Below are positions 10,529 to 23,477 of a DNA stretch of 64,000 nucleotides, piece by piece. Below the pieces are notes generated by a model. That model ran no database searches, was not told the DNA's origin, and saw only the letters and a program-made list of their open reading frames with translations. Origin of the DNA: Rhodocyclaceae bacterium UBA5602 (GTDB taxonomy: Bacteria > Pseudomonadota > Gammaproteobacteria > Burkholderiales > Rhodocyclaceae); assembly GCA_002424865.1 (NCBI GenBank), contig DILC01000044.1, positions 40,661 to 104,660 of the forward strand, read 5' to 3'. Positions within the stretch are counted from its first letter, which is position 1. Each line of letters starts with the position of its first letter. The position numbers and the translations under genes were made by a program.

Positions 10529-12966
10529 GCTTTATCCGCTTTTTCTAGATGCACGGTTGCGAACATATCGCCCGCAGCTACCGTCGCCGTATGTCCAGCC
10601 GCGATGCGCACCACATTGTCAGGCAAGCCAATGTCCAACTCAGCCCGCAGCATGGCGTCCGTGGCTTGACTCCCGGTCGATTTTGGCTCCGCCGACAAGT
10701 TAGCCGCCGTATCACCAGAGCCGACTTTTACCCAATCGCCATGCTGCAACCCGAAACGGGCCATGGTGGCAGCATTCATGCGCGCCGCCGGATGCGCTGC
10801 ATCCTTGGTTTTTTGCAACCCCGGCGCGTAACGCACCAACTGGTCGGCAAAATGTATGGGCACATCCGTTACGCGCTCAATGCCGCCTGTTTGGGCCATA
10901 CCCAGCACACCCAGCGACATATCCGGCCTTGGCGCCATGCCATTATCAAGGCCGGCAACAACCACTGGCATTGCACCAGCGGCTAAACCTAAAGCTTCCG
11001 CCTTGACATTCTCGCTGCTGGTGTAGTCAAAACCTGGCAAATCCAGCAGGTTTGCCAGCACGCGCAACACCTTCCATGCCGGTCGGGTTTCAGCCAGAGG
11101 CTTTACTGCTGCATAAAAGCTCTGCACGCGGCCTTCGCAATTCACAAAAGTGCCGGAGGTTTCCGTAAAGGGCGAGACAGGCAATAAGCAATCAGCATAA
11201 TCCATTGCCGCAGCCGGCTTGAATGGCGAGAGCATGATCACGCTGCTGGCCTGGTTAAGCGCCCGCAATGCCGCCGCGCCATCGGCGCAATCCAGCTCCG
11301 GCTCAACCCCTAACAGCACATATGCCCGGCGTGGCTTGGCCAACATGGCTTTAACGGGCAGCGCGCCCGTCTGCGGGATTGCTTTGGCGACATAAGCACC
11401 GAGGCTATTCGCCGCCTCACCCAAAAAGCCAAACTTGCCGCTTAATAGCGTAGCCAGCTTGTTTGCCAGGACATGCAATGTGGCAGCTTGCGGGTGCTGC
11501 TGGGCAAAATTGCCCAACAAAATGCCGATATTTTGCCCACTCAACAGACTTTGCGCCATGCGCCCTGCCTCAGCCGATACGGCCAAGTCAGCCCAATTCA
11601 CATTGACATCGTCCAAACCAAGCGCCACGCCCTGCTGGGTACTCACCGCCTTGACCACTTGAGCCAGCAACGCTGGCAACTGTGAGGGAGCAACCACCAC
11701 TTGGCTTGCCAGCCCAACCTGCTTGATGAGTTGATCATCCCCTGCACTGTGCAGGAAACTCACCTGAGCACCGCGCTTGGCTGATTGGCGCAAGCGTTGC
11801 GCTATCAAAGGCTGGTCTTTGCGCAGAAATGCGCCAACAACCAGCACGCGATCCAATTGCGAGAGTTGAGTGAGGCTCATGCCCAACCAAGGCATGCCCA
11901 GGCGCTGTCCATCCGCTGAAAAATCGCTGTGCCGCAAGCGGGTGTCGATATTCCCGCAGCCCAAGCCGCGCAATAATTTTTGCCCAAGGTAGAGCTCTTC
12001 GAGCGTCGCGTGCGGACTGAACAAGCCGCCAATGGCCTCGCCACCGGATGTTTTGGCTACATCACGCAACGCATGCGATACATAATCGAGCGCGACAGGC
12101 CAATCCACTTCATGCCACACGCCGCCTTGCTTTAACATCGGCCGCGTCAAGCGTTCCGGTGCATTGAGCGCCTCGTAAGAATAGCGGTCCTTATCCGAAA
12201 TCCAGCATTCGTTGATCTCTTCATTCTCGCGCGGCAACACGCGCATGACGCGATCGTGTTTCGTTTGCACGATTAAATGGCTGCCCAAACTATCGTGCGG
12301 GCTGATCGACTTGCGCCGCGAAAGCTCCCAGGTCCGCGCCGAAAAACGAAAGGGTTTGGACGTTAAAGCGCCAACCGGGCAAAGATCAATGATATTGCCG
12401 GAGAGTTCTGAATCAACCGTTTTTTCAACGAACGGCATCACCTCCGCATGCTCACCACGGAAAGCCTGCCCCAGTTCCATCACCCCCGCGATTTCTTGCG
12501 TGAAACGTATGCAGCGCGTGCAGTTAATGCAGCGCGTCATGTCTGTTTTAACCAGCGGGCCTAAATCCTTATCGGCAACAACGCGTTTCTCCTCTTCATA
12601 TTTCGAGGCAGAATCGCCATAACCGACCGCCAAGTCCTGTAACTGGCACTCCCCACCCTGGTCGCAAATCGGGCAATCCAGCGGATGGTTGATGAGCAGA
12701 AATTCCATCACGCCCTTCTGTGCCGAGACAGCCAACTCAGAATGGGTAAAAATTTTCATGCCCGGGGTAACCGGGGTCGCGCACGCGGGCAAGGGCTTGG
12801 GCGCTTTTTCAACCTGTACCAGACACATGCGGCAGTTAGCCGCAATGGATAATTTTTTGTGATAGCAAAAATGAGGGATATAGGTTCCCACCTGGTGCGC
12901 AGCATCCATGATGGTGCTGCCAGGTGCGACCTGTATTGCTTTGCCATTGAGTTCGATATCAATCAC
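10525..12966 (-). CDS. nuoG: NADH-quinone oxidoreductase subunit G
   Basis: IPHFCYH..CRMCLV and [14 protein letters not shown]e-S motifs. Confidence 0.97.
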   Translation of the reverse strand: MIDIELNGKAIQVAPGSTIMDAAHQVGTYIPHFCYHKKLSIAANCRMCLVQVEKAPKPLPACATPVTPGMKIFTHSELAVSAQKGVMEFLLINHPLDCPICDQGGECQLQDLAVGYGDSASKYEEEKRVVADKDLGPLVKTDMTRCINCTRCIRFTQEIAGVMELGQAFRGEHAEVMPFVEKTVDSELSGNIIDLCPVGALTSKPFRFSARTWELSRRKSISPHDSLGSHLIVQTKHDRVMRVLPRENEEINECWISDKDRYSYEALNAPERLTRPMLKQGGVWHEVDWPVALDYVSHALRDVAKTSGGEAIGGLFSPHATLEELYLGQKLLRGLGCGNIDTRLRHSDFSADGQRLGMPWLGMSLTQLSQLDRVLVVGAFLRKDQPLIAQRLRQSAKRGAQVSFLHSAGDDQLIKQVGLASQVVVAPSQLPALLAQVVKAVSTQQGVALGLDDVNVNWADLAVSAEAGRMAQSLLSGQNIGILLGNFAQQHPQAATLHVLANKLATLLSGKFGFLGEAANSLGAYVAKAIPQTGALPVKAMLAKPRRAYVLLGVEPELDCADGAAALRALNQASSVIMLSPFKPAAAMDYADCLLPVSPFTETSGTFVNCEGRVQSFYAAVKPLAETRPAWKVLRVLANLLDLPGFDYTSSENVKAEALGLAAGAMPVVVAGLDNGMAPRPDMSLGVLGMAQTGGIERVTDVPIHFADQLVRYAPGLQKTKDAAHPAARMNAATMARFGLQHGDWVKVGSGDTAANLSAEPKSTGSQATDAMLRAELDIGLPDNVVRIAAGHTATVAAGDMFATVHLEKADKA
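10705..10728 (-). repeat. 24-bp dispersed motif copy (in nuoG)
   Basis: AAAGTCGGCTCTGGTGATACGGCG, 21/24; encodes KVGSGDTA. Confidence 0.8.
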
Positions 12967-14300
12967 AAGCTACCCTCCGCACGGAAAAAGCCGCTACCGG
13001 CAGATTGCGCTGCAGGATCAACCAGACACTTGCCATGTTCAATGTGATATTCAAATTCACTTTTAAAATGTTTAATGAAACTGCGCACCGGCAACGAGGC
13101 CGCGTCACCCAGCGCGCAAATCGTGCGCCCCATGATGTTGTCCGTCACGCGGTTCAGCAGGTCAAGATCCTCTGCCCTGCCCTTGCCATGTTCAATCCGA
13201 TGCACAACGCGGTACAACCAGCCCGTGCCTTCACGGCAAGGCGTGCATTGCCCGCAGGACTCTTCAAAATAAAAATACGACAAGCGCTCCAGCGCCTTGA
13301 CCATGCAGGTTGACTCATCCATCACGATCACAGCGCCCGAACCCAGCATCGAGCCTGCCTTGGCGATGCTGTCGTAATCCATGGTGGTTTCCATCATCAC
13401 ATCCGCAGGCAACACAGGCGCGGAAGAACCGCCCGGAATCACGGCTTTGAGCTTGCGGCCGCCACGCATCCCACCGGCCATCTCCAGCAAGGTGGCAAAG
13501 GGCGTGCCCAGCGGAACTTCATAATTGCCCGGCCGATTCACGTGGCCAGAAACGGAAAACAATTTTGTGCCGCCGTTGTTAGGCTTGCCCAGCGCCAAAA
13601 ACGCATCCCCTCCCATGCCCAAAATGAAGGGGATGGCGGCGAAAGTTTCGGTATTGTTAATGGTGGTGGGCTTGCCATACAAGCCATAGCTGGCGGGGAA
13701 CGGCGGTTTAAAGCGTGGTTGCCCCTTTTTGCCTTCAAGGGATTCGAGCAAACCTGTCTCTTCACCGCAAATGTAAGCACCATAACCATGGTGTGCGAAC
13801 AGCTCAAAAGCGAAGGCGGAACCACACACCGATGCGCCTAGATAACCCGCCGCACGCGCCTCATCCAAGGCCTCTTCAAAGCGTTCATAGATGGAAAAAA
13901 TTTCGCCATGGATATAGTTGTAACCGCGACTGGCGCCCATGGCGTAACCCGCAATGATCATACCCTCAATGACCGCATGCGGATCAAAGCGCAGTAAGTC
14001 ACGATCCTTGAACGTGCCCGGCTCGCCTTCGTCTGAATTGCAGACGACATATTTATCGCCAGGAAATGAGCGTGGCATGAAGCTCCACTTCAAACCTGTC
14101 GGAAAGCCCGCGCCACCCCGTCCACGCAGAAGCGACTTTTTAATCTCGGCAATCAAATCGTCAGGCGACATATTGCCGCTCAGAATACGTTTCAATTGCG
14201 TGTAACCACCCCGCGCTTCGTAATCCCGCAAACGCCAACCGGCGTCCCCCTGCGACCAGCCGGTGGTGAGTAACGGACTAATTGAGCCTAAGAGCGCCAT
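12963..14300 (-). CDS. nuoF: NADH-quinone oxidoreductase subunit F
   Basis: [38 protein letters not shown]; start taken at ATG 14300 just after the nuoE stop. Confidence 0.96.
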   Translation of the reverse strand: MALLGSISPLLTTGWSQGDAGWRLRDYEARGGYTQLKRILSGNMSPDDLIAEIKKSLLRGRGGAGFPTGLKWSFMPRSFPGDKYVVCNSDEGEPGTFKDRDLLRFDPHAVIEGMIIAGYAMGASRGYNYIHGEIFSIYERFEEALDEARAAGYLGASVCGSAFAFELFAHHGYGAYICGEETGLLESLEGKKGQPRFKPPFPASYGLYGKPTTINNTETFAAIPFILGMGGDAFLALGKPNNGGTKLFSVSGHVNRPGNYEVPLGTPFATLLEMAGGMRGGRKLKAVIPGGSSAPVLPADVMMETTMDYDSIAKAGSMLGSGAVIVMDESTCMVKALERLSYFYFEESCGQCTPCREGTGWLYRVVHRIEHGKGRAEDLDLLNRVTDNIMGRTICALGDAASLPVRSFIKHFKSEFEYHIEHGKCLVDPAAQSAGSGFFRAEGSL

Positions 14301-14301
14301 A

Positions 14302-14781
14302 TCATTTGCACTCCGCAAGCAATGCGTCAATTTGCGCCGGCAACATGAAGCTGCACATGCGCTTGTTATTGACCAACAAGACGGGCGCATCACCACAGGC
14401 GCCCAGGCATTCACCCTCTTTGAGGGTAAACCGCCCATCGGGCGTGGTTTCATTAAAACCAATACCTAATTTCTCTTTCAGGTAATCAGCTGCATGTACG
14501 CCACCGGATAAAGCGCAGGGCAAATTGGTGCATACGGTGAGCTTGTATTCACCCACAGGCTCCAGGTCATACATGTTGTAAAAACTCGCCACCTCATAAG
14601 CGGCAATGGGTGGCATACCGAGGTAACGAGCGACAAACTCAATCGTCTCACGCGCCAACCAGGACTTCTCATCCTGCGCAATCGCCAATGCAGCCATCAC
14701 CGCAGATTGCTTTTGGTCGGCTGGATATTTCGCAATTTCGCGATCAATTTTTTGCAATGATTCAGAACTCAACATACCCAT
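14302..14781 (-). CDS. nuoE: NADH-quinone oxidoreductase subunit E
   Basis: VCTNLPC and ECLGAC 2Fe-2S motifs; start may be 14775. Confidence 0.96.
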   Translation of the reverse strand: MGMLSSESLQKIDREIAKYPADQKQSAVMAALAIAQDEKSWLARETIEFVARYLGMPPIAAYEVASFYNMYDLEPVGEYKLTVCTNLPCALSGGVHAADYLKEKLGIGFNETTPDGRFTLKEGECLGACGDAPVLLVNNKRMCSFMLPAQIDALLAECK

Positions 14782-14802
14782 TCCATTCGTGATTGATTGC
14801 GC

Positions 14803-16056
14803 TTATCGATCCGTGTCGCCCAGCACCAGGTCAATGGTGCCAATAATCGCAGTGACATCGGCAATCATGTGCCCCGTCGCCATTTCATTGACCGCAGCAA
14901 GGTGCGGAAAACCCGGTGAGCGCAACTTCAACCGATACGGTTTGTTCGCCCCATCGGATACAGCCCAAACACCGAACTCGCCTTTGGGATGCTCAACAGC
15001 CGCATAAACCTCGCCGACCGGCACATGCATCCCTTCAGTAAAGAGCTTGAAGTGGTGAATCAGCTCTTCCATATTGCCCTTCATCCTCTCACGTGAAGGA
15101 GGCGCTGCTTTGTGGTTATCCACGATCACAGGACCAGGGTTCGCACGCAACCAGCTGATACACTGCTTCACGATACGGTTGGATTGGCGCATCTCTTCCA
15201 TGCGCACCAGATAACGATCGTAACAATCCCCATTCACACCGACCGGGATATCGAACGCCATGCGCTCATACACTTCGTAGGGCTGTTTCTTGCGCAAATC
15301 CCACTCAACGCCAGAGCCACGCAACATGGGACCCGTACAACCCAACTGCAATGCGCGCTCAGGCGAAAGCACACCCACGCCCACCGTACGCTGCTTCCAA
15401 ATGCGGTTATCGGTCAGCAAGGACTCATATTCATCCAGGTAACCTGGAAAGCGGTTGGTAAAGTCTTCCAGAAAATCCAGCAAGGAACCCTGCCGCGACT
15501 CATTCAACTGCCGCACATCCTCAGCGGATTTAAAGCGATTGACTTCGTATTGCGGCATACGGTCGGGTAAATCACGATACACCCCACCCGGCCGGTAATA
15601 AGCCGCATGCATGCGCGCGCCAGAAATCGCCTCATACACATCCAGCAGATCTTCCCGCTCGCGGAAGGTGTACAACACCATGGCCATGGCGCCAATGTCC
15701 AGCGCATGCGTGCCGATGTTGAGCAGGTGGTTCAAGATGCGCGTCACCTCGTCCATCATCACGCGAATGTATTGCGCGCGCAGCGGCACTTCCAGACCAA
15801 TCAGCCGCTCAATCGCCATGCAATATGCATGCTCGTTACACATCATCGACACATAATCCAGCCTGTCCATATAGGGCACAGATTGGATCCATGTGCGCGT
15901 CTCAGCCAGCTTTTCAGTGCCACGATGCAACAAGCCAATATGCGGATCAGCACGCACAACCACTTCGCCATCCAGCTCCAACACCAGACGCAGCACGCCA
16001 TGCGCAGCAGGATGTTGAGGACCAAAGTTAATCGTGTAGTTTTTGATTTCAGCCAT
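14803..16056 (-). CDS. nuoD: NADH-quinone oxidoreductase subunit D
   Basis: [24 protein letters not shown]. Confidence 0.97.
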   Translation of the reverse strand: MAEIKNYTINFGPQHPAAHGVLRLVLELDGEVVVRADPHIGLLHRGTEKLAETRTWIQSVPYMDRLDYVSMMCNEHAYCMAIERLIGLEVPLRAQYIRVMMDEVTRILNHLLNIGTHALDIGAMAMVLYTFREREDLLDVYEAISGARMHAAYYRPGGVYRDLPDRMPQYEVNRFKSAEDVRQLNESRQGSLLDFLEDFTNRFPGYLDEYESLLTDNRIWKQRTVGVGVLSPERALQLGCTGPMLRGSGVEWDLRKKQPYEVYERMAFDIPVGVNGDCYDRYLVRMEEMRQSNRIVKQCISWLRANPGPVIVDNHKAAPPSRERMKGNMEELIHHFKLFTEGMHVPVGEVYAAVEHPKGEFGVWAVSDGANKPYRLKLRSPGFPHLAAVNEMATGHMIADVTAIIGTIDLVLGDTDR

Positions 16057-16651
16057 GATCAACACCTCTGGCGTAAAGATCTTCACGCACAATGCGTGGC
16101 GTGACTTCGCGCGGTTCTATTGTCACCGGCTGATAAACCACCCGTTTTTGCTCGGCGTCATAACGCATTTCAACATGGCCCGAGATCGGAAAATCCTTGC
16201 GGAAAGGATGGCCAACAAAGCCATAATCTGTCAGGATGCGGCGCAAGTCATTGTGCCCATCAAACAAGATGCCAAAGAGGTCAAACGCCTCCCGCTCATA
16301 CCAGTTAGCTGACGCCCACACATCCGCCACAGAAGCCACCACCGGGAAGCTTGCATCGGACGCATAAACCCTGACCCGCAAGCGCCAGTTATGCAAGAGA
16401 GAACTCAAATGGACGGTAACCGCAAAACGCCTCTCTTCACGGCCGACAAATTCAGAATAATCAATACCACTCAAATCAATCAATTGCTCAAAACTCAACT
16501 CCGGTTGACCACGCAACTGACGCATCACCGCATGATAGTCACCCACACCAACCTCAAGCGTAAGTTCATTGAAAGCATGAGTTAAACCGAGAATACGGCC
16601 TGCCAAATGATGATTCAGCAGCGATTGCAAGCGTGTCAATGTCTGGTTCAT
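16049..16651 (-). CDS. nuoC: NADH-quinone oxidoreductase subunit C
   Basis: [30 protein letters not shown]. Confidence 0.97.
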   Translation of the reverse strand: MNQTLTRLQSLLNHHLAGRILGLTHAFNELTLEVGVGDYHAVMRQLRGQPELSFEQLIDLSGIDYSEFVGREERRFAVTVHLSSLLHNWRLRVRVYASDASFPVVASVADVWASANWYEREAFDLFGILFDGHNDLRRILTDYGFVGHPFRKDFPISGHVEMRYDAEQKRVVYQPVTIEPREVTPRIVREDLYARGVDHG

Positions 16652-16680
16652 ACGTACGTCAGGTCCACAGTCAATTGAAG

Positions 16681-17157
16681 TTAGCGCGCAATCGTATTCG
16701 TACGCTTGATTTTGTTTTGCAACTGAATAATGCCGTAGAGCAAGGCTTCGGCCGTCGGGGGGCAGCCCGGAACATAGATATCAACCGGCACGATGCGATC
16801 ACACCCACGCACAACAGAATAGGAGTAGTGATAATAACCACCACCATTCGCGCACGACCCCATGGAAATCACCCAACGCGGCTCAGCCATTTGGTCATAA
16901 ACCTTGCGCAGGGCAGGCGCCATTTTATTGGTGAGCGTGCCAGCGACAATCATGACATCCGACTGACGGGGACTGGGACGAAAAACAATACCAAAACGAT
17001 CCAGATCGTAGCGCGAACACCCTGCATGAATCATCTCAACCGCACAACAAGCCAAACCAAAACTCATCGGCCACATCGAACCCGTGCGCGCCCAGTTGAT
17101 CAGCTTATCGAGTGACGCGGTAACAAAACCCTCTTGCAGAACACCTTCAATGCTCAT
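16681..17157 (-). CDS. nuoB: NADH-quinone oxidoreductase subunit B
   Basis: [16 protein letters not shown]. Confidence 0.97.
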   Translation of the reverse strand: MSIEGVLQEGFVTASLDKLINWARTGSMWPMSFGLACCAVEMIHAGCSRYDLDRFGIVFRPSPRQSDVMIVAGTLTNKMAPALRKVYDQMAEPRWVISMGSCANGGGYYHYSYSVVRGCDRIVPVDIYVPGCPPTAEALLYGIIQLQNKIKRTNTIAR

Positions 17158-17166
17158 GGCGGTAAC

Positions 17167-17541
17167 CTACTCCCAGTCCAGTGCGCCCTTGGCCCACGCA
17201 TAAACATAGCCAATGACAAGAATGCCAAGAAAAACGAGCATTTCAATAAACCCGAAAAGCCTCACCGCTTCGGCATTCACAATCTCCTTAAAGATAGACG
17301 CCCACGGAAAAAGAAAAGCAATTTCCAAGTCAAACAAAATAAAGAGAATCGCAATGAGGTAATAGCGCACGTCAAATTTCATGCGCGCATCCTCAAAGGG
17401 AGCAAAGCCACACTCGAAAGGAGAGAGTTTTTCAGCATCCGGCCGATTAGGGGCAATCAGCCAACCAAACAAAATGGGAGCACAGCCAAAAGCCAAGCCC
17501 ACCAGAATAAAAATCAAGACAGGGAAATAATTTTCAAGCAT
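17167..17541 (-). CDS. nuoA: NADH-quinone oxidoreductase subunit A
   Basis: MLENYFP start; [20 protein letters not shown]. Confidence 0.96.
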   Translation of the reverse strand: MLENYFPVLIFILVGLAFGCAPILFGWLIAPNRPDAEKLSPFECGFAPFEDARMKFDVRYYLIAILFILFDLEIAFLFPWASIFKEIVNAEAVRLFGFIEMLVFLGILVIGYVYAWAKGALDWE

Positions 17542-17697
17542 GTCAGGAGGATACAGTACAGGAAGTACAGGGAGAGGGGAGGCAAAAGCGCCTGGCGGCA
17601 ATAATCCACCACATCAACCACAGCGCCACTAACCAACCAAAAAAAATAACCATTCCTGGTCATCTCTGAAAAACTTCATCATAAATCACCATAAACA

Positions 17698-17782
17698 TGG
17701 TGCCGACGGCGAGACTCGAACTCGCACAGCTTTCGCCACTACCCCCTCAAGATAGCGTGTCTACCAATTTCACCACGTCGGC
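17698..17782 (-). tRNA. tRNA-Leu (anticodon GAG)
   Basis: GCCGACGTGGTGAAATTGGTAGAC..CTATC-TTGAGGG-GGTAG..GTTCGAGTC..ACCA; 85 nt with long variable arm; secG-tRNA-nuoA order. Confidence 0.97.
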
Positions 17783-17921
17783 TCGATACCTAGAAAAGCA
17801 CTTAAAAAACTTACTCAAAACCCAGACCAAAATTATAGCGCAACCGATTCATCAACTCATGCATCGCAGCAAAAAATGTTACAGATATTCACTCAACTCA
17901 GCATGAAATTCACAACGCGAT

Positions 17922-18332
17922 TCAACGCGGAATGTCATTCACCTTTGAAGCAGGCGAAACCGGCACAGGCACACCTGGCTGGCTTGCTGCATCAGGTGGC
18001 GAAGTTACAGCGGGCGCAGTGGGTGCAGCGGATGACGGACCAGGCACAGTCTTGTTCACTGCACTATCCATAACACTGCGCGAGACCTTGGGTTGGGAAG
18101 TGGCGAGATACGCTAGCGCCAAACTGGTACAAAAGAAGGTTGTAGCCAATACGCCAGTTGCCCTGGACATGAAGTTTGCCGATCCGGTTGCACCAAACAA
18201 GCTCCCTGACGACCCACCCCCAAAAGCTGCCCCCATATCCGCACCCTTACCATGCTGAAGGAGCACAAGACCAATCACCCCCAAACCGGCCAGCACATGA
18301 ATAACCAAAACGATAACCTGCATCAAACCCAT
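17922..18332 (-). CDS. secG: Preprotein translocase subunit SecG
   Basis: VLLQHGKGADMGAAFGGGSSGSLFG; between tpiA and tRNA-Leu; start approximate. Confidence 0.95.
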   Translation of the reverse strand: MGLMQVIVLVIHVLAGLGVIGLVLLQHGKGADMGAAFGGGSSGSLFGATGSANFMSRATGVLATTFFCTSLALAYLATSQPKVSRSVMDSAVNKTVPGPSSAAPTAPAVTSPPDAASQPGVPVPVSPASKVNDIPR

Positions 18333-18397
18333 ATCAACTACCCCCAAATAAACCTATTAACAACCTTCCAAAAACTTCGCAAAAAACCACAAGCAAA

Positions 18398-19162
18398 TCA
18401 AGCGCATGCCGCCGCAGAAATCGCTAAAAATTCATTCGCAACCAATGACGCGCCACCAATCAGGCCACCATCAATATCTGACTGGGCAAAAATCTCAGCA
18501 GCATTACCTGCCTTGACACTGCCACCATACAAAATCCGCAGACCTCTTGCCAGCCCGGCGTCTTGATGTGCAAAATACTCACGGATGGCAGCGTGCACAG
18601 CTTGCGCTTGTTCGGGCGCCGCCGTTTTACCAGTACCGATCGCCCACACCGGCTCATAAGCAATAATGGCTTTTGCAAACGCAGCCGTACCGCACTTCGC
18701 CACCACTACCTCTAACTGCCGCTGAATGACTAACTGCGTGACACCGGATTCCCGTTCAGCCAAACTTTCACCCACGCACAAAACGGGTGTCAGGCCAACC
18801 GCGTGCGCTGCTAAAAATTTAGCCGCAACCACTTCATCGGTATCACCAAAAAATGAACGTCGCTCTGAATGACCCACCAAGACATAGCGGCAGCTGAAAT
18901 CAACCAGCATGCTGCCGCTCACTTCGCCGGTCCAAGCACCTTGCGCATGCTCCGAAACATCCTGTGCACCCCAGCCGATCGCGCTGCCTTCGAGCAACTG
19001 ATTCGCCTGAGCAAGATAAGGATAAGGCACACACACGGCAAGCTCAACAGGCTGATTAGCAATTTGTTTATCCGCACCCATGCGAATAGCATCTAATAAA
19101 GCAGCATTGACAGCCAAGCTGCCATGCATCTTCCAGTTACCGACGACTAATTTTTGACGCAT
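18398..19162 (-). CDS. tpiA: Triose-phosphate isomerase
   Basis: GNWKM, GHSERR, AYEPVWAIGTG, LYGGSV. Confidence 0.97.
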   Translation of the reverse strand: MRQKLVVGNWKMHGSLAVNAALLDAIRMGADKQIANQPVELAVCVPYPYLAQANQLLEGSAIGWGAQDVSEHAQGAWTGEVSGSMLVDFSCRYVLVGHSERRSFFGDTDEVVAAKFLAAHAVGLTPVLCVGESLAERESGVTQLVIQRQLEVVVAKCGTAAFAKAIIAYEPVWAIGTGKTAAPEQAQAVHAAIREYFAHQDAGLARGLRILYGGSVKAGNAAEIFAQSDIDGGLIGGASLVANEFLAISAAACA

Positions 19163-19497
19163 GGAAGCCCGAAGCCCAAAATAAACGCATTGCGTGAAGT
19201 GGCAAATTATAAAGCGCACCCACGGATAATGCCAGACGCGACTTCGTTGGCCGACAAAAAGCCAGTGCTCAAAAAATGGCGAAATGAGGAATTTTTAATG
19301 GGAAACGATTCATCCCAAAGCATTTCCCACCAGCAGGTGATCAATACTGCCCCACAGCATCCTCTTCGGGATACGCATAGAAAACGAAGAATAATTAAGC
19401 ACTCGCAAGTACTTCGGACTAACTTCGATAACAACAAAAATGAATAAAAAAACTAGCGGCAGCGCATTGCCATACCGCTCGCAAAAACCATTGCAAA

Positions 19498-20313
19498 TTA
19501 ACCAAACCGCCCGGTAATATAATCTTCTGTCTGTTTTTTCTGCGGCTTGATGAAAATCTGATCGGTCACCCCAAACTCGATCAACTCGCCCAAATACATA
19601 TAGGCGGTGTAATCCGACATGCGCGCAGCTTGTTGCATATTGTGGGTAACAATAACGATAGTGAACTCATCCTTGAGTTCAGTAACCAGTTCTTCAATGC
19701 GCATCGTCGAAATCGGATCAAGCGCCGAGGTCGGTTCATCAAGCAGCAAGACTTCAGGTTTTACGGCAATCGCACGCGCAATGCACAAACGCTGCTGCTG
19801 GCCGCCCGACAGACTCATCCCGCTCTGATTGAGAGTATCTTTTACCTCCCCCCACAGCGCCGCTTTTTTCAATGCCCACTCAACCCGCTCGTCCATTTCA
19901 GCTCGCGACAGCTTTTCCTGCAATTTCACGCCAAAGGCAATATTGTCATAAATCGACATGGGGAAAGGCGTTGGCTTCTGGAAGACCATCCCTACCCGGG
20001 AGCGCAAGTAATTGATGTCAATGCCCTTATCAAGGATATTTGTCTTATCCAGTAGCAAAGTACCTTCTGCACGCTGATCCGGATAAAGGTCGTACATGCG
20101 GTTCATCGTCCGCAACAGTGTTGATTTACCACAACCAGATGGCCCGATAAAGGCGGTTACTTTGGTGCGATAGACATCAAGATTGATATTCTTTAAGGCA
20201 TGATACTTGCCGTAATAGAAATTAAAGTCTCTTACGGTGATCTGTGGCGTCATAGCTTCAGCAGTCTGAGTGTCATTCAACATGATTTCGTTCACGTCCA
20301 GAGGTTTATTCAA
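19498..20313 (-). CDS. pstB: Phosphate ABC transporter ATPase
   Basis: [33 protein letters not shown]; start may be ATG 20283. Confidence 0.96.
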   Translation of the reverse strand: MNKPLDVNEIMLNDTQTAEAMTPQITVRDFNFYYGKYHALKNINLDVYRTKVTAFIGPSGCGKSTLLRTMNRMYDLYPDQRAEGTLLLDKTNILDKGIDINYLRSRVGMVFQKPTPFPMSIYDNIAFGVKLQEKLSRAEMDERVEWALKKAALWGEVKDTLNQSGMSLSGGQQQRLCIARAIAVKPEVLLLDEPTSALDPISTMRIEELVTELKDEFTIVIVTHNMQQAARMSDYTAYMYLGELIEFGVTDQIFIKPQKKQTEDYITGRFG

Positions 20314-20329
20314 TTAAATTCACCCAAGA

Positions 20330-21169
20330 TCAATTCTTGTGTTTTTGGCGGAAAAAGACCCGCGCCAGAATATTAAGGCTTAGCACACCGAGCGTAATCA
20401 GAAAAACACCCGCCCACGCCATCCGCTGCCAATCCTCAAATGGACTCATGGCAAATTTGAAGATAGTCACCGGCAAAGTGGCCATGGGCTTGTTAAGGTC
20501 AAGCGTCCAGAACTGGTTAGACAAGGAAGTAAATAGCAGTGGCGCAGTCTCGCCAGAAACCCTGGCAACCGCAAGCAAAATACCCGTCATGATCCCCGCA
20601 ACCGATGCCCGCAGCGTAACTTTGGTAATCACTTTCCACTTTGGGGTACCCAAGGCATACACTGCCTCCCGCAAATTATTGGGAACCAGCACCAACATGT
20701 TTTCCGTTGTGCGGATGACAACTGGAATAACCAATAATGCCAACGCAAAAATACCTGCCAAAGCTGAAAAATGACCCACTCTCGCCACAAACACCGCATA
20801 CACAAAAAGACCAATCACAATTGACGGTGCTGACAAAAGAATATCGTTAATGAACAATGTACTACGGCCAAGCCAAGTATAACGTCCATACTCAGCCAAA
20901 TAGACACCAGCGAGAACACCGAAAGGAGTACCGATCAGCGTAGCCAAACCTACATGAATAAAACTCCCCACGATGGCATTGAGCAACCCGCCTTCACTGC
21001 CTGGAGGGGGTGTCATCTTGGTAAAAAGATCCAGATTAAGCCCCCCCAAACCCAGCTTAAAGACGCTCAACAATATCCAGAAAAGCCAAAAAAGACCAAA
21101 GGCGACCGCAATCATCGACATGGACAAGGCGAAATAATTGATCAGCTTGCGTTTAAATCTGATATCCAT
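20330..21169 (-). CDS. pstA: Phosphate ABC transporter permease PstA
   Basis: [23 protein letters not shown]. Confidence 0.95.
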   Translation of the reverse strand: MDIRFKRKLINYFALSMSMIAVAFGLFWLFWILLSVFKLGLGGLNLDLFTKMTPPPGSEGGLLNAIVGSFIHVGLATLIGTPFGVLAGVYLAEYGRYTWLGRSTLFINDILLSAPSIVIGLFVYAVFVARVGHFSALAGIFALALLVIPVVIRTTENMLVLVPNNLREAVYALGTPKWKVITKVTLRASVAGIMTGILLAVARVSGETAPLLFTSLSNQFWTLDLNKPMATLPVTIFKFAMSPFEDWQRMAWAGVFLITLGVLSLNILARVFFRQKHKN

Positions 21170-21175
21170 GACGAA

Positions 21176-22129
21176 TCAGCTTTCCTTGCCCTGCTGTTTA
21201 TTGAGCTTGAGCAACAACAGCTTGGAAAATACCAACACAATAAAGGTAATCAGAAACAAGATCAGCCCCAGTTCTATCAATGCGGCCGTATGAGTCGGCG
21301 ACGCAGCCTCGCTGAATTCATTAGCCAGCGCGGAAGCAATCGAGTTGCCCGCCGCATAAAGCGAAGACGTATCCAACTGGGCAGAGTTACCAATCACGAA
21401 GGTGACTGCCATAGTCTCACCCAATGCCCGCCCCAAGCCAAGCATGATGCCGCCAATAACACCCGCACGGGTATAAGGCAACACAACCTTCCAGACAACC
21501 TCCCATGTCGTCGCACCCACTGCATAGGCCGACTCTTTAAGGATACCTGGCGTCACTTCAAAGACATCGCGCATCACTGACGCGATGAAAGGAATGATCA
21601 TGATAGACAAAATCACCCCTGCGCTGAGCAGACCAATCCCCATAGGCGGGCCTTGAAACAGCCGACCTAGCAAAGGAATATGACCTAATGTATTACTCAG
21701 AAATGGCTGAATGTATTGACCAAACAATGGCGCAAAAATCAGCAAACCCCACATGCCATAAACAATACTTGGAATACCGGCCAGCAACTCTATAGCGATA
21801 CCCAACGGACGCCGCAGCCATAAAGGCGACAATTCAGTCAGAAAGATAGCAATGCCAAAACTCACAGGCACTGCAATAATCAAGGCGATCAGCGATGTCA
21901 CTAATGTGCCATAAATGGGCACCACCGCACCAAATTCATCCATGGGCGGATTCCACTCGCGACTCGCCAGAAAAGAGAAACCAAACTTTTGCAACGATGG
22001 CATCGCGCCATAGATCAAGGCAACAATAATCCCCAACAACATCACCAAGGTCAGCACAGCAGACAAGCGCGTTAAATTAAGGAAAATCATATCACCCAGA
22101 CCCGCACTCCGCTTTGCACTATTGACCAT
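21176..22129 (-). CDS. pstC: Phosphate ABC transporter permease PstC
   Basis: [23 protein letters not shown]. Confidence 0.95.
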   Translation of the reverse strand: MVNSAKRSAGLGDMIFLNLTRLSAVLTLVMLLGIIVALIYGAMPSLQKFGFSFLASREWNPPMDEFGAVVPIYGTLVTSLIALIIAVPVSFGIAIFLTELSPLWLRRPLGIAIELLAGIPSIVYGMWGLLIFAPLFGQYIQPFLSNTLGHIPLLGRLFQGPPMGIGLLSAGVILSIMIIPFIASVMRDVFEVTPGILKESAYAVGATTWEVVWKVVLPYTRAGVIGGIMLGLGRALGETMAVTFVIGNSAQLDTSSLYAAGNSIASALANEFSEAASPTHTAALIELGLILFLITFIVLVFSKLLLLKLNKQQGKES

Positions 22130-22168
22130 GATTCCTTATCAACTCTATTAAATACTCAAAATCCGCAC

Positions 22169-22207
22169 TAAAAGCCTGCGTCAGCAAAATGCTGACGCAG
22201 GCTTTTA
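22169..22207. terminator. Perfect 18-bp inverted repeat between pstS and pstC (terminator or mRNA-stabilising hairpin)
   Basis: TAAAAGCCTGCGTCAGCA-AAA-TGCTGACGCAGGCTTTTA. Confidence 0.8.
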
Positions 22208-22223
22208 ATGACAGAAGCATATG

Positions 22224-23276
22224 TTACTTATAAATCGACGCGCCAGAAGCATCCTTGATGGAATTTTTCCATGTTGTGCGGATCAACTTGGTCAAACTGT
22301 CAGGCAAGGGAACATAATCAAGACCGGCGGCCATCCCATCGCCATTCTTGTACGCCCAGTCAAAGAATTTAAGCACTTCAGCCGCCTGCGCAGGCTTATC
22401 CTGCGTTTTGTGCATCAAGATAAACGTAGCACCCGTGATAGGCCAAGCATCCTTACCCGGTTCATTGGTGAGGATTTCATAAAATGCGGCCTTGGTCCAG
22501 TCCGCATTGGCAGCAGCAGCTTTAAAGGTTTTTTCATCAGGCAAGGGGTAATGGCCTTCTGCATTTTGCAACAGGGTGTAGGTCATTTTGTTCTGCTTGG
22601 AATAGGCATATTCAACATAGCCAATTGCACCAGGAATGCGCTGAACGAATGCTGAAACCCCTTCATTACCCTTACCACCCAAGCCTAACGGCCACTGCAC
22701 CGCAGTACCCTCACCGACCTTTTGCTTCCACTCGGGGCTCACTTTAGATAAATAGTTGGTAAAAATGAAGGTCGTACCTGAACCATCCGCGCGACGCACA
22801 ACGGCGATCGCTTGATCAGGCAGGGAGAGCTTTGGGTTCAACGCGACGATGGCAGCATCATTCCATTTGGTAATTTTTCCCAAATAAATATCCGCCAGCA
22901 CGGTTGGCGTCAGGCGCATTTCACCTGGCTTGACACCAGCGATATTAACCACCAAGACATTACCACCGATCACCGCCGGAAACTGGACCAAACCATCCTT
23001 TTCCAAGACATCTGGTTTCAACGGCATATCTGAGGCACCAAAATCCACCGTCTTGGCTGTGATTTGCTTGATACCACCGCCTGAGCCAATCGACTGATAG
23101 TTGATCTTTGCCCCAGTGGCCTTGAAATAAGCTTCAGCCCACTTGCCATAAATAGGCGCAGGAAAAGTCGCACCAGCGCCAGTAATTTCAACTGCCTGCG
23201 CCTGGGTAAAGCCAATAAAACAAGTTGCCGAAACTACCGGCACCATTGCAAACTGCTTAATTTTCTTGAACATCAT
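22224..23276 (-). CDS. pstS: Phosphate ABC transporter substrate-binding protein
   Basis: Signal peptide then ITGAGATFP, YQSIGSGGG, RRADGSGTT; GAGG RBS before ATG 23276. Confidence 0.96.
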   Translation of the reverse strand: MMFKKIKQFAMVPVVSATCFIGFTQAQAVEITGAGATFPAPIYGKWAEAYFKATGAKINYQSIGSGGGIKQITAKTVDFGASDMPLKPDVLEKDGLVQFPAVIGGNVLVVNIAGVKPGEMRLTPTVLADIYLGKITKWNDAAIVALNPKLSLPDQAIAVVRRADGSGTTFIFTNYLSKVSPEWKQKVGEGTAVQWPLGLGGKGNEGVSAFVQRIPGAIGYVEYAYSKQNKMTYTLLQNAEGHYPLPDEKTFKAAAANADWTKAAFYEILTNEPGKDAWPITGATFILMHKTQDKPAQAAEVLKFFDWAYKNGDGMAAGLDYVPLPDSLTKLIRTTWKNSIKDASGASIYK

Positions 23277-23367
23277 AAGACTGACCTCGATAGATAGAGT
23301 TAAGAAAGACTTGCCTACAGTTCCATTTTGACAAAAAACATCAAACGAAGACCAAGAACGGATCACC

Positions 23368-23401
23368 ATCTTAATCCACCAATATGACAGAACCGTGACA
23401 T
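23368..23401 (-). promoter_or_regulatory. Pho box and -10 element of the pstS promoter
   Basis: Minus strand ATGTCAC-GGTT-CTGTCAT (11-bp-period repeat), then 10 nt, then TAAGAT; typical PhoB promoter geometry. Confidence 0.85.
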
Positions 23402-23477
23402 TCAAGAGCACAAAGAATACCCGCACTACATTTGTACTTCAATGTGGATTGACACTGCGCAGAACAAAAATTTAGGC

